A DNA stretch of 64,000 bases from TPA_inf: Saccharomyces (Eukaryota), in NCBI GenBank assembly GCA_000146045.2, contig BK006948.2, positions 96,001 to 160,000 on the forward strand. The letters run 5' to 3'. The position numbers and the translations under genes are program-made. The notes beneath the pieces were generated by a model. It saw only the letters and a program-made list of their open reading frames with translations, was not told the DNA's origin and made no database searches. The stretch's first letter is position 1; every line of letters begins with the position of its first letter. This document shows, piece by piece, positions 10,710-20,395 of the stretch.

Positions 10710-12188
10710 ATGATAATGTCATCAACTATGTCGACAGAAGCCGCCTTGGTACCGAACGAAAGTGTTTTTGACACAGTTTCGTCATTCAACGAAGACGATG
10801 CCAATTATAGCGTTCTTGATTTATACGATGACGACGATGAAGGGGATGATAGTTCTACAGTAGAACGAAAAGAAATATTGACAACACGTGAGCTTGAAAA
10901 AGCAAAGGCGTTTACCAGCTTAATCATGGCAGATCCTGAGAATTTTGATAGATATGGATTTAGCAAGAAAGGATATTTCATTAGTCAGGAAGAATACGAC
11001 AAATGGTGGACAGAATATAATAGATACACCGAAAGAAGAAAAAAAAAGTGGGAGAACTTTCTTCTTAAGAATAAGATTGAGCTCCACAATGATAATCCTC
11101 TAGTATATCCTGCAAGGACAGATGAATTGTCAAAATTTGTTAGAAAAGGTATACCAGCAGAATGGAGAGGGAATGCCTGGTGGTATTTTGCTGGTGGACA
11201 ACGACAATTAGACGCAAATGTTGGCGTTTATGATAGACTGAAAAGTGACTGTCGCGAGGGTGCCGTATCTGGTAAAGATATGGAAGCTATAGAACGGGAT
11301 CTTTATCGAACGTTTCCCGATAATATACATTTCCATAAGGAGTCCTTCCAAAATGGAGAGCCGGCGATCATCCGATCATTGCGTCGAGTATTAATGGCCT
11401 TTTCTGTTTATGACAAGACTATTGGATACTGCCAATCGATGAATTTTCTCGTTGGATTGCTATTATTGTTCATGGAAGAAGAGAAAGCATTTTGGATGCT
11501 GGTTATTATTACCGGTAAGTATTTACCTGGCGTGTATGAATCAGACTTAGAGGGTGCGAACGTGGATCAAGGGGTGTTGGTGTTATGTATCAAGGAATAT
11601 TTACCCGAGATATGGTCACACATTGAGTCATCGTATATGAATGGCAATGGCAGCACTGACCAGATATCAGGGCCAGCATCGGGGGAAGAATATCTCTGCA
11701 GGCTGCCTACGCTGACGCTGTGTACGGCAAGTTGGTTTATGAGCTGTTTTGTGGGCGTGGTGCCCATCGAAACGACCCTGAGAATATGGGACTGTTTATT
11801 CTATGAAGAGTCTCATTTTTTATTTAAAGTGGCTTTGGGGATACTGAAATTGAGCGAAAGCGAGTTTTTGGAGAGTAAAAGCCAGAAACTGTTTAGACAG
11901 TACTCTTCGTACACCTTCGGTGGTAGTAATGACTCTGATTCAACTTTCAAAAGATTAAAGAACAAGATTAAGACGCAGGAAGAGGCAGATATGGAGATTT
12001 TGCAAGTGATTCAAAATTTCCCAAAAAGATTGCTCAATCCGAATGATATCTTTGAGAAAGTCCTGATGAAGAAGAAGGTTGCGTTGAATGGTATTACCCA
12101 GGAAAAGATTGATCGCGGTAGAGAGTATGTGGCGATGGCGAGAAATAGACAAAGGGCGAGTAGCCGCCCAAAGGAAAGAAGAAAATAG
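10710..12188 (+). CDS. MSB4: TBC-domain Rab GTPase-activating protein, 492 aa
   Basis: 492-aa ORF with the TBC catalytic motifs IERDLYRTF (Arg finger) and YCQSMNF (Gln finger). Matches MSB4 (YOL112W). Confidence 0.85.
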   Translation: MIMSSTMSTEAALVPNESVFDTVSSFNEDDANYSVLDLYDDDDEGDDSSTVERKEILTTRELEKAKAFTSLIMADPENFDRYGFSKKGYFISQEEYDKWWTEYNRYTERRKKKWENFLLKNKIELHNDNPLVYPARTDELSKFVRKGIPAEWRGNAWWYFAGGQRQLDANVGVYDRLKSDCREGAVSGKDMEAIERDLYRTFPDNIHFHKESFQNGEPAIIRSLRRVLMAFSVYDKTIGYCQSMNFLVGLLLLFMEEEKAFWMLVIITGKYLPGVYESDLEGANVDQGVLVLCIKEYLPEIWSHIESSYMNGNGSTDQISGPASGEEYLCRLPTLTLCTASWFMSCFVGVVPIETTLRIWDCLFYEESHFLFKVALGILKLSESEFLESKSQKLFRQYSSYTFGGSNDSDSTFKRLKNKIKTQEEADMEILQVIQNFPKRLLNPNDIFEKVLMKKKVALNGITQEKIDRGREYVAMARNRQRASSRPKERRK

Positions 12189-12257
12189 TAAGCGCAACCG
12201 TGATAAAAAGCGCAACTGTGTAAAATAACAAGTATGTACGTACTAACTATACTAATC

Positions 12258-12914
<657 letters not shown>

Positions 12915-13175
12915 TTATTATTCTTCGCTAGTTTATCTCTGTATCGGTCTGTTCTAACCCTTTTCTCCAACTATGTTCTCCTGTGCATGTTTTCTTCTTT
13001 TCGTTTTTCCTTTGTTTTTTTTGGTCGTAGTTGTCGCAAGCTCGGCCTCCGGCCTGATTTTAAAACTATTCCTAATTCAAGATTCGGTAAAAAAGATATA
13101 TAATAGCTAAGGGGAGGAGAGGAATAAGAGGAAAAAGTTACATTAGAGGACAATACTCAATCTAACCCTTACTAG

Positions 13176-13889
13176 ATGTGCGATAGCCATCAAAAGGAAG
13201 AAGATAACGCAAATACGAGCGAAAGGGCGTTATTTTTTAATTACCATGAGTTTTCGTATTCATTCTACGAAGACCTCGGTTCCGAAGACGCTAAACCCAC
13301 AGAGCACGACGAAGACCACAAATTGTGTATTACACATTTCCCGAATGTGTATGCTGCTCGGGGCTCTGCCGAGTTCCAGGTGACCCGGGTGGTACGAGTG
13401 CCCCGGCGGTTCGATGAGTCTCGCAGCAGCCTTGAAACGCCACAATTTAGTACACAGCTTCCCGGTAGCGAGCCGGCGGCAATCGTGGGCGACGATGGCA
13501 CTAGCTTTGTGCGGTGCGGGCGTTACGACATTGGGGATCACGTGTTTGGCTGCTCCTCCGTCTCGCCTCTGTCAGAATATCTTAGTGCGGCAGAGCTCGC
13601 GGAGGTTGTGCACCGGGTAAACGGATTCTTGCTGCGTGAAGAAGGTGAGGTGTTCGGGTGGCGTAACTTAAGTGGCCTGTTGCTCGATATGCTTACGGGC
13701 GGTCTGTGGAGCTGGGTTTTGGGGCCCCTTCTTTCTAGACCTGTGTTTCAGGAGTCTCTCGCGTTAGAGCAGTACGTGGCGCAGCTAAACTCGCCGGGAG
13801 GTCTGCTTCACGAGCGCGGTGTGCGCCTAGTATTGCCCCGACGGTCCGGGTGCCTATCCCTAGATTTCGTCGTGCCCCGACCCAAATAG
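13176..13889 (+). CDS. SHR5: Subunit of the Ras palmitoyltransferase complex (Shr5/Erf4), 237 aa. Coding sequence is unusually GC-rich.
   Basis: 237-aa ORF whose length and position (between MDY2 and ZEO1) match SHR5 (YOL110W). From about 13290 onward the DNA is far more GC-rich than the surrounding yeast sequence; several antisense ORFs in the ORF track are artefacts of this composition. Confidence 0.75.
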   Translation: MCDSHQKEEDNANTSERALFFNYHEFSYSFYEDLGSEDAKPTEHDEDHKLCITHFPNVYAARGSAEFQVTRVVRVPRRFDESRSSLETPQFSTQLPGSEPAAIVGDDGTSFVRCGRYDIGDHVFGCSSVSPLSEYLSAAELAEVVHRVNGFLLREEGEVFGWRNLSGLLLDMLTGGLWSWVLGPLLSRPVFQESLALEQYVAQLNSPGGLLHERGVRLVLPRRSGCLSLDFVVPRPK

Positions 13890-14296
13890 TTAAACGTGTG
13901 GTTTATGGGTGCACCAGGGCTTTATCGTGTTTTATATCGATGGCGATTTGTGCCTCCAGTGTATTTTTGTATATCCAATTAAGGTTTCTTACCTAATTTT
14001 ATTTTTATCATCTTTAGTTAATGCTGGTTTGCTCTGTTTCTGCTGCTTTCTGTGCGGTTCTCCTCTTCTCTTGTTTCTTCGTGTTGTCCCCCATCGCCGA
14101 TGGGCTTATATGGCGTATATATATAGAGCGAGTTTTTACGTCGAAGATCATCTCAGTTTGCTTGATAGCCTTTCTACTTTATTACTTTCGTTTTTAACCT
14201 CATTATACTTTAGTTTTCTTTGATCGGTTTTTTTCTCTGTATACTTAAAAGTTCAAATCAAAGAAACATACAAAACTACGTTTATATCAATTAATA

Positions 14297-14638
14297 ATGT
14301 CTGAAATTCAAAACAAAGCTGAAACTGCCGCCCAAGATGTCCAACAAAAGTTGGAAGAAACCAAAGAATCTTTGCAAAACAAGGGCCAAGAAGTAAAGGA
14401 ACAAGCTGAAGCTTCTATCGACAACCTAAAAAATGAAGCTACTCCAGAAGCTGAACAGGTGAAGAAGGAAGAACAAAACATTGCTGATGGTGTCGAACAA
14501 AAGAAGACCGAAGCTGCCAACAAAGTTGAAGAAACTAAGAAGCAAGCTTCCGCCGCCGTCAGTGAGAAGAAGGAAACCAAGAAGGAAGGCGGTTTCTTGA
14601 AGAAATTGAACCGTAAAATTGCTTCCATTTTCAACTAA
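14297..14638 (+). CDS. ZEO1: Peripheral membrane protein Zeo1 (113 aa; K/E-rich, predicted coiled-coil/alpha-helical)
   Basis: 113-aa ORF MSEIQNKAETAAQDVQQKLEETKESLQNKGQEVKEQAE... ending in a basic tail. Matches ZEO1 (YOL109W). The antisense 108-aa ORF is spurious. Confidence 0.9.
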   Translation: MSEIQNKAETAAQDVQQKLEETKESLQNKGQEVKEQAEASIDNLKNEATPEAEQVKKEEQNIADGVEQKKTEAANKVEETKKQASAAVSEKKETKKEGGFLKKLNRKIASIFN

Positions 14639-14775
14639 TCACACTTGAATGTGCTGCACTTTACTAGAAGTTTCTTTTTCTTTTTTTAAAAATAAAAAAA
14701 GAGGAGAAAAATGCTGTTTATTCTGACCTTTTACATAAATTTTTCTTAATTGTATCTATCTAATAACTAATCAAT

Positions 14776-14813
<38 letters not shown>

Positions 14814-14870
14814 AATAATAGTAGTAGTAGTAGTAGTAGTAATAATGATGATGATGATGATGATGGATGA
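14776..14870. repeat. Composite trinucleotide microsatellite (AAT)n-(AGT)n-(AAT)2-(GAT)n, about 95 bp
   Basis: Direct reading of ataataataataatactaataataataataataataataataatagtagtagtagtagtagtaataatgatgatgatgatgatgatggatga. Intergenic between ZEO1 and tRNA-Gly. Produces the spurious poly-Leu ORF 14771..15019 (-). Confidence 0.95.
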
Positions 14871-14961
14871 TCAAAAGCCACAAAAAAGAATGCTCCGAGA
14901 ATAACCTCGGCGGTTATTTCACGTCCCGGAGGAAAAAAAGTTTGATAAGAAAGTAAAAATA

Positions 14962-15033
14962 TGAGCGGTACGAGAATCGAACCCGTGTCCCCACCTTGGA
15001 AGGGTGGGATGATAACCACTACACTAACCGCCC
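14962..15033 (-). tRNA. tG(UCC): tRNA-Gly (anticodon UCC), 72 nt
   Basis: Reverse complement reads GGGCGGTTAGTGTAGTGGTTATCATCCCACCCTTCCAAGGTGGGGACACGGGTTCGATTCTCGTACCGCTCA. It has a 7-bp acceptor stem, an A box (TAGTGTAGTGG), a B box (GGTTCGATTCT) and anticodon loop CTTCCAA, followed by an oligo-T pol III terminator on the minus strand (plus-strand A7 at 14927..14933). Confidence 0.95.
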
Positions 15034-15430
15034 GGGTTAATTGTTATTAGTTGGTGAAACTGATCTCAATCACTATAACATTATGGTCTCTTAATAGCAA
15101 AGGCCAACCAACTGACTTCTTGCAAACTGATGTTCAATTTTAGCTCTAAAATAAAACAATGTAAAAGAAAGATAAAATGACATAAAGCACTATCGCTTCA
15201 ACGGCAAACAATATTGAAAAAGTATCACATTATAGTAAGTTGAACACTAAAAGATTAAATAAATACTTCGGCACACTTTCGATGAAGGAAAGCATTAGTA
15301 GTAACGTATATATATCATTGTTGTTGCTACTTTTCTTTGTGGGATATGCACCACTCCCCTCTGCAAAGTGAAGAAAAGGTATGGGAAGAATTTCTTCGCT
15401 TATATTACTTACTTTACCCTACTCCTTGAA

Positions 15431-15886
15431 TCACTGACCACTCTGTCCATCACCCAGCTCCCAAATTAACTCCTTCGGTACTAAATCCCGAATGTTTCCA
15501 TTTTGTTCTTGTACGGGATCGCTGCTGCTGCTGCTGCCGGTTTTTGCCTCATGCTTAGCTATGATTTGTTTTCTCAGCTTTTCATTCCTTTCATACAACC
15601 AACTTAAGTAACTCAAGCTTTTCAGGTATATGATTAGTTCTGACCGACTTTCCTGGGGTTGCAGGTCAGGTACTACTGCTACCAGTTCGTCAAATATAGC
15701 TCTTTCCAATTCTCTCCTTTTTTTTTCAGACGAAACATGATTTATACGTATTTGACCATCAGTCAATTTATTAATCTTCTTAGACCTGCGTTTCCTTTTC
15801 TTCACATTAGCCAGTTCACCCTTTATCTCCTTAATCTCGGACAATCCCGGCTGTATTGTTTGTATCTCCTTAATATCGTTCGTCAT
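15431..15886 (-). CDS. INO4: bHLH transcription factor Ino4 (151 aa), phospholipid-biosynthesis regulator
   Basis: 151-aa ORF with a basic helix-loop-helix region (KKRKRRSKKINKLTDGQIRINHVSSEKKRRELERAIFDELVAVVP). Matches INO4 (YOL108C). Confidence 0.9.
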   Translation of the reverse strand: MTNDIKEIQTIQPGLSEIKEIKGELANVKKRKRRSKKINKLTDGQIRINHVSSEKKRRELERAIFDELVAVVPDLQPQESRSELIIYLKSLSYLSWLYERNEKLRKQIIAKHEAKTGSSSSSDPVQEQNGNIRDLVPKELIWELGDGQSGQ

Positions 15887-16001
15887 TATTGCTTTTCTCT
15901 TTTTAGTTCAAGCCGCCCTCTTAACTCCTTCGTCAAGCTTATCTTGTTGGCATTGGAATTTCGCAAACGCAATCGCGCCTCTGTCTTTAAGGTGAGAAAA
16001 A

Positions 16002-16011
16002 CATGTGAATA
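16002..16011 (+). promoter_or_regulatory. ICRE/UAS-INO-like E-box (CATGTGAATA; 9/10 match to CATGTGAAAT) in the INO4 / YOL107W divergent promoter
   Basis: Motif seen at 16002..16011, 116 bp upstream of the INO4 ATG and 91 bp upstream of the longest YOL107W ORF. The consensus is the established Ino2/Ino4 binding site. Function here is not verified. Confidence 0.3.
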
Positions 16012-16101
16012 TTTTGTTTGATACGTAACAAGCTCATACAAACCAAGCCAAGAAAAAGAAGACGACTAATCTATTTATAACAAAGATATTTGTTCACTAT
16101 A

Positions 16102-17130
16102 ATGCAATATAGTTCGAGGTTCCTAGAATTGAATATCCCGGATTCATTTTTAAATATCAATAAGATTCCTGATGCTACTAAATTTATTACAGTCACTTAT
16201 ATATGCTTAACTGCAACCCTTTTCTGTATAAGGAGATCCTTGTACAACAAGCTAGTTCTTGAAGACCCTAACTTGGACTACAACTTGATTACTTCGCCGC
16301 TTTTGCAAATGGTACCTTCGCAGATTTGGAGGTACCCCACCTCATTAGTTCTATCCAACTTCATCGACACTAAAGCTTGGAAGGTGGTAGTGAACTTATT
16401 GAATTTGATCATTGGTGGATCCTTCATTGAACGCAATTGGAACTCTTCCAAAGAAATGTTCAAATTTATCATAGTTTTAGGTTCTCTTACAAACGTTCTG
16501 ATCATCATGCTGACTTTGTTAGTATCTTTTTTCTCTAATAAGGTAAGGCTGGATATTCCCTTAGACGGGAACTACACAATTTTAATCGGTTTCCCTATCA
16601 TTTATAGACAGTTATTGCCTGAAACAACTATAATCCATCTGAAGACACCTCAATTTTTGGCCAAAAACTTTAGGTTCAAATTACTACCCATTTTTGTAAT
16701 GTTTACAATGACGGTAACCCAAATAATATGGTTTCATCATTTTGCTCAATTGTTCTCCATTTGGGTTACCTTTTTTGCCAGTTGGTCGTACTTGAGGTTT
16801 TTCCAGAAACTTGCACCCTTGAATTGTCCCTCTTTGCCAACAACTAATTCTCAAGGTGGTCAGGAAATATTGGTCGGCGATGCATCTGATACTTTTCAAT
16901 TGATTTACTTCTTTCCTGATCTAATTAAGCCGATTTTGAGGCCGATTTTCAATTTCATTTATAATGTAGTTGTTGTAAAATTTAAAGTCATTAAACCTTT
17001 TCATGATATTGATATAGATATTGGGAACACCATCGCAGAAAGTAGAGGCGCCAAAAAAATTATGACTGTAGAAGAAAGACGAAGACAGTTAGCTTTACAA
17101 GTTTTGGAAGAGCGTATGGTAAACCCTTGA
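16102..17130 (+). CDS. YOL107W: Multi-pass membrane protein (TMEM115/PL6-like, rhomboid-fold family), 342 aa from the second ATG. The ORF extends to an upstream ATG at 16090 (346 aa).
   Basis: ORF with about six hydrophobic helices. Position between INO4 and tRNA-Thr matches YOL107W. Start-codon choice between 16090 and 16102 is uncertain. Confidence 0.75.
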   Translation: MQYSSRFLELNIPDSFLNINKIPDATKFITVTYICLTATLFCIRRSLYNKLVLEDPNLDYNLITSPLLQMVPSQIWRYPTSLVLSNFIDTKAWKVVVNLLNLIIGGSFIERNWNSSKEMFKFIIVLGSLTNVLIIMLTLLVSFFSNKVRLDIPLDGNYTILIGFPIIYRQLLPETTIIHLKTPQFLAKNFRFKLLPIFVMFTMTVTQIIWFHHFAQLFSIWVTFFASWSYLRFFQKLAPLNCPSLPTTNSQGGQEILVGDASDTFQLIYFFPDLIKPILRPIFNFIYNVVVVKFKVIKPFHDIDIDIGNTIAESRGAKKIMTVEERRRQLALQVLEERMVNP

Positions 17131-17293
17131 TATATGGATCTATATAACTTGAAATATGCTCTATTATATCGTGATTTAATGACGGCTGTTGGCATTTCGG
17201 TCTTTACCAAGGTAGTAGGATTTGTATGCTGAATGTGCGCCAGTACTATCGAACCATAGAAACCCATATATTCCCCAATATTAATAATTCTAC

Positions 17294-17626
17294 TGAGAAA
17301 TGGGTGAATTTTGAAATAATTGTTGGGATTCCATCGTTGATAAAGGCTATAATATTAGGTATACAGAATGTACTAGAAGTTCTCCTCGATGATATAGGAA
17401 TCCCCATAATGGAATCTATATTTCTATGTACCAATATTACGATTATTCCTCATTCCATTTCATATGTTTCATTATCCTATTACATTATCGATCCTTGCAT
17501 TTCAGCTTCCTCTAACTTCGGTGACAGCTTCTATAATAACTTATGTCACTATCTAACACCGTATATGATAATATATTGATAGTATGACTACTAGTTGATA
17601 GACGATAGTTGGTTTTTATTCCAACA
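17294..17626 (-). repeat. Solo Ty1/Ty2 delta LTR (333 bp), 176 bp upstream of tRNA-Thr
   Basis: The reverse complement starts TGTTGGAATAAAAACCAACTATCGTCTATCAACTAGTAGTCATA... and ends ...ATGGAATCCCAACAATTATTTCAAAATTCACCCATTTCTCA. It is closely related to both LTRs of the downstream full-length Ty1. No internal Ty sequence is adjacent. Confidence 0.9.
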
Positions 17627-17801
17627 TCTACATAGTGGCACTCACTACGCTGCTAAATTTGATCATTTGGTGAATAATTTGATAATTAGTAGTTCTTCTC
17701 CGGGATATAGGAATCAACAAAAGGAAAACGATAGTTTTACATAATAATATTAATTTATCTTGCTTGGTTCGCCTTTGAAGAGCGCAGCTTTCAGAGATTT
17801 A

Positions 17802-17874
17802 GCTTCTATGGCCAAGTTGGTAAGGCGCCACACTAGTAATGTGGAGATCATCGGTTCAAATCCGATTGGAAGCA
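17802..17874 (+). tRNA. tT(AGU): tRNA-Thr (anticodon AGU), 73 nt
   Basis: GCTTCTATGGCCAAGTTGGTAAGGCGCCACACTAGTAATGTGGAGATCATCGGTTCAAATCCGATTGGAAGCA. It has a 7-bp acceptor stem (with one G-U pair), an A box (TGGCCAAGTTGG), a B box (GGTTCAAATCC) and anticodon loop ACTAGTAAT, hence anticodon AGT. Confidence 0.95.
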
Positions 17875-17883
17875 TTTTTTTTT
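17875..17883 (+). terminator. RNA polymerase III terminator (T9 run) immediately after tRNA-Thr
   Basis: TTTTTTTTT directly follows the tRNA 3' end. Confidence 0.85.
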
Positions 17884-18137
17884 AATATTTTAAAATTGTT
17901 TATATTTTTGTACCACAAACATCATTAGAAGCTGCAAATGAAGTGAATCAGAAAATTTAAAAATGAAACTAAATACTAAATATTATTGTTCTTTTTCTAA
18001 CAGTTGAAGTGCCAAAAGCAGTAAATTGTTTAAATATTAGGGTATAAAACATGATATTATAAAGTTAATGATTTAGAATGGCTCCGTCCAGCAGAACCAG
18101 TTGATTACCATTAATGTTGAGAGTTTATGCGAGTTTT

Positions 18138-19808
18138 TCAGGCTCGATTATGAGATACGGTACTAGATAATTCAGGATTATCAGGATTATCAGGGTTTAC
18201 CACTTGCAATGGTCCGCTCATCATCATGTCGGGTAAAGAATTGGCACTGAACCTTTCATTTGCACTATTCAAAGTATTTGCCTCTTCAAAAACTGTCGAT
18301 GGAAGGTTCTGTTTCTGAACCGTAGCATCTTGTAAGCCAGCCAAGTTGTTTATGATGCTTCCACTGGTGTTTGAACTAGGACTACTATAATTTGCACCAT
18401 TACTCATAGAAAAACCATACATATTACTTGTACCGATAGAACCCGCTGTATTACCCCTTGAATGTCTCATCCAATTTGTCGTACCAGAGGAGGGAGGCGG
18501 TCCTATTGGATTTGCATCCTCATCACCGAACGAATAGGGCTGATAATGTTTCGTTTCCTCCAAGTCTAATTGGTCGTGCGATTTCCGTCTCCTCCATATC
18601 AGGAACAATAGAATCAAAATAATAAAAATTACGCCAAACACAACACCAATAACAATACCGGCAATGGCTCCACCACTCAGACGCTGCTTCGAAGTCGAAT
18701 TAGATCTATTATTTGAGGCGGCAGCAGTAGCAGTAGCTACCTCAGAAGATCGTTCAACCACGGATGTCCTCGTAACAAATATTGTTTCCTGATGTTGATC
18801 AGAAGTACTCACGATCGCTTTTGTAACCACACTAGTCACTAGTTCCACTGAGGTAACTATTGGTATCGTTGATGACGTACTAGGGGTCATTGAGGTCACT
18901 TTTGGAGTTGATAGTGTGCTGCTACTCGAGGACACTGGCACCAAGGTGGAAGAGGGTGAAGAAGTACGGCTATCGACTGTGGTATGCTCAGATGAGGACA
19001 ATGTAATGGATGAGGAGCTAGACGTAACAGAAAAGATAGAGGTAGTAGAGGAGGTAGTAGAGGAGGTAGTAGAAGAGGTAGTAGAAGAGGTGGTAGAAGA
19101 GGTGGTAGAAGAGGTGGTAGAAGAGGTGGTAGAAGAGGTAGTAGAGGAAGTCGAGGAAGAGGTAGTAGAAGAGGTGGTAGAAGAGGTGGTAGAAGAGGTG
19201 GTAGAAGAGGTAGTAGAGGAAGTCGAGGAAGAGGTTGTTGAAGTGGTAGAAACTGTCGTGGCTATCATTTCAGAACTTTTCATATCTGTTGACGTTCTCC
19301 TAGTAGTTGAAGAAATTTGGGCGGAGGACAATGAAGAAGTTGTTGAGGGCATATAGGAAGTGCTAGACCCTTCTTTGGAAGAGGAAGATTCAACCGATGA
19401 AACAAAAGTTTCAGCATTTACATACACGTTCATGTACGATGACCCTCCACACATTTGGTAAGGCCAGCCAGAGCATTTAGTTCCACAGTTTGAATCTGTT
19501 GATTTCGTCAAAGAAGTCAGAAAACTTACCGAATTACCGCAGTAACAATCTGACCCGTTAAATAATGCTACTACTGCTGACTCAGGGCACTGGTTTTGAC
19601 AGTATGACACTGATTGATATATGTATGAGTTTTTCAGAGACAGTCCAGCAGACTGGATATCCGCGGCACTGTAACAGCCTTCATAATTAAAATCAGCATT
19701 AACCAGCCCAATCAGAGATTGACATAGCAAACTTAGAAGTATAAATGAGATATACCCGATTTTAATAGTTCCTTTATTTGTTAATTTTGCAAACCATACT
19801 CTTTCCAT
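18138..19808 (-). CDS. WSC3: Cell-wall integrity stress sensor (WSC domain, Ser/Thr-rich stalk, single TM, cytoplasmic tail); 556 aa from Met at 19808
   Basis: Signal-peptide-like start MERVWFAKLTNKGTIKIGYISFILLSLLCQSLIGLVNA; Cys-rich WSC domain (CYSAADIQ...CQNQCPES...CYCGNS...CGTKCSGWPYQMCGG); a long (TSST)n stalk; a TM segment (AIAGIVIGVVFGVIFIILILLFLIW); a basic stop-transfer RRRK. The open frame extends 33 codons further upstream to 19907 (589 aa), but the signal-peptide context favours 19808. Confidence 0.85.
   Translation of the reverse strand: MERVWFAKLTNKGTIKIGYISFILLSLLCQSLIGLVNADFNYEGCYSAADIQSAGLSLKNSYIYQSVSYCQNQCPESAVVALFNGSDCYCGNSVSFLTSLTKSTDSNCGTKCSGWPYQMCGGSSYMNVYVNAETFVSSVESSSSKEGSSTSYMPSTTSSLSSAQISSTTRRTSTDMKSSEMIATTVSTTSTTSSSTSSTTSSTTSSTTSSTTSSTTSSSTSSTTSSTTSSTTSSTTSSTTSSTTSSTTSSTTSSTTSIFSVTSSSSSITLSSSEHTTVDSRTSSPSSTLVPVSSSSSTLSTPKVTSMTPSTSSTIPIVTSVELVTSVVTKAIVSTSDQHQETIFVTRTSVVERSSEVATATAAASNNRSNSTSKQRLSGGAIAGIVIGVVFGVIFIILILLFLIWRRRKSHDQLDLEETKHYQPYSFGDEDANPIGPPPSSGTTNWMRHSRGNTAGSIGTSNMYGFSMSNGANYSSPSSNTSGSIINNLAGLQDATVQKQNLPSTVFEEANTLNSANERFSANSLPDMMMSGPLQVVNPDNPDNPELSSTVSHNRA
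19041..19250. repeat. Coding 12-bp tandem repeat (about 15 units of GAGGTGGTAGAA and variants) encoding the (STTS)n stalk of WSC3
   Basis: Direct reading of gaggtagtagaagaggtggtagaagaggtggtagaagaggtgg... On the opposite strand it produces the spurious EVVEEVVEE ORF 18916..19356. Confidence 0.9.
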
Positions 19809-20395
19809 TTTATATTGTCTTCTGCTAAAAAAACAAACTATACGGACATGAATTTCATATAATGCACAAAGAAAATAGCTCACCAAATATTTCTCGAGGA
19901 TTATCACTAATTTCGAGGAACAATAGAAAATTAGTATGGCGAGGGATCAAAAAATTTTTTATAGCAAATGTTTGGAAAGAAAAAAATGTATAACGAATGC
20001 AATTGTTTTATTGAAGTGTAAGAAAAATCAATATCTAACCTAGATACTATTTCAGGCAATGAAGTAAAACAATGGTCCTGGTCTGCAGTATACCACTTAC
20101 GTTAAAAAGCTTTTTAAGATTAGTGCGGAGGCATAATTACTTTTTTTATAATAAAGAAAAAAATTCTCGAGTGGCTAAAATAAGAAGTTTGCCCGGATCT
20201 CAAAGGAGAGCGGGATGACGTAAAAATTCCTGATTTTGGAAAAATGCATTCCTACTAACGAATCGGCTGGTAAAATTAGGTTAAAAATCTCCTAGTGAAA
20301 GGGCAAACAGAAAAAAATCTTCACATTAAGCAAGATTTAAAGTAAACAGCAAAGAAAAGTTTTTTTTGGTTCAGATGTAATATGGATAGCCCGTT

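Noticed and set aside
13260-13620. Three overlapping ORFs (93, 78, 68 aa) on both strands inside SHR5
   Set aside because: Consequence of the GC-rich, stop-codon-poor composition of SHR5. No independent support.
14308-14634. 108-aa ORF antisense to ZEO1
   Set aside because: Mirror of ZEO1's biased K/E-rich coding sequence. Spurious.
14771-15019. 82-aa ORF with poly-Leu tract
   Set aside because: Translation of the trinucleotide microsatellite, and it overlaps tRNA-Gly. Not coding.
17226-17579. 117-aa ORF on + strand (and 62-aa ORF 17246..17434 on - strand)
   Set aside because: Lies entirely within the solo delta LTR. The same LTR-derived reading frames recur in the Ty1 3' LTR (27515..27706). 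Sequence is low-complexity. Not a gene.
17627-17800. AT-rich 170 bp between the solo delta and tRNA-Thr, checked for a sigma (Ty3) or tau (Ty4) LTR fragment
   Set aside because: Does not begin with TGTTGTATCTCAAAATGAGA (sigma) and no terminal inverted repeat recognised. Probably plain tRNA upstream flank.
18916-19356. 146-aa ORF rich in EVVEE repeats
   Set aside because: Antisense reading of the WSC3 (TSST)n 12-bp repeat. Artefact of repeat periodicity.
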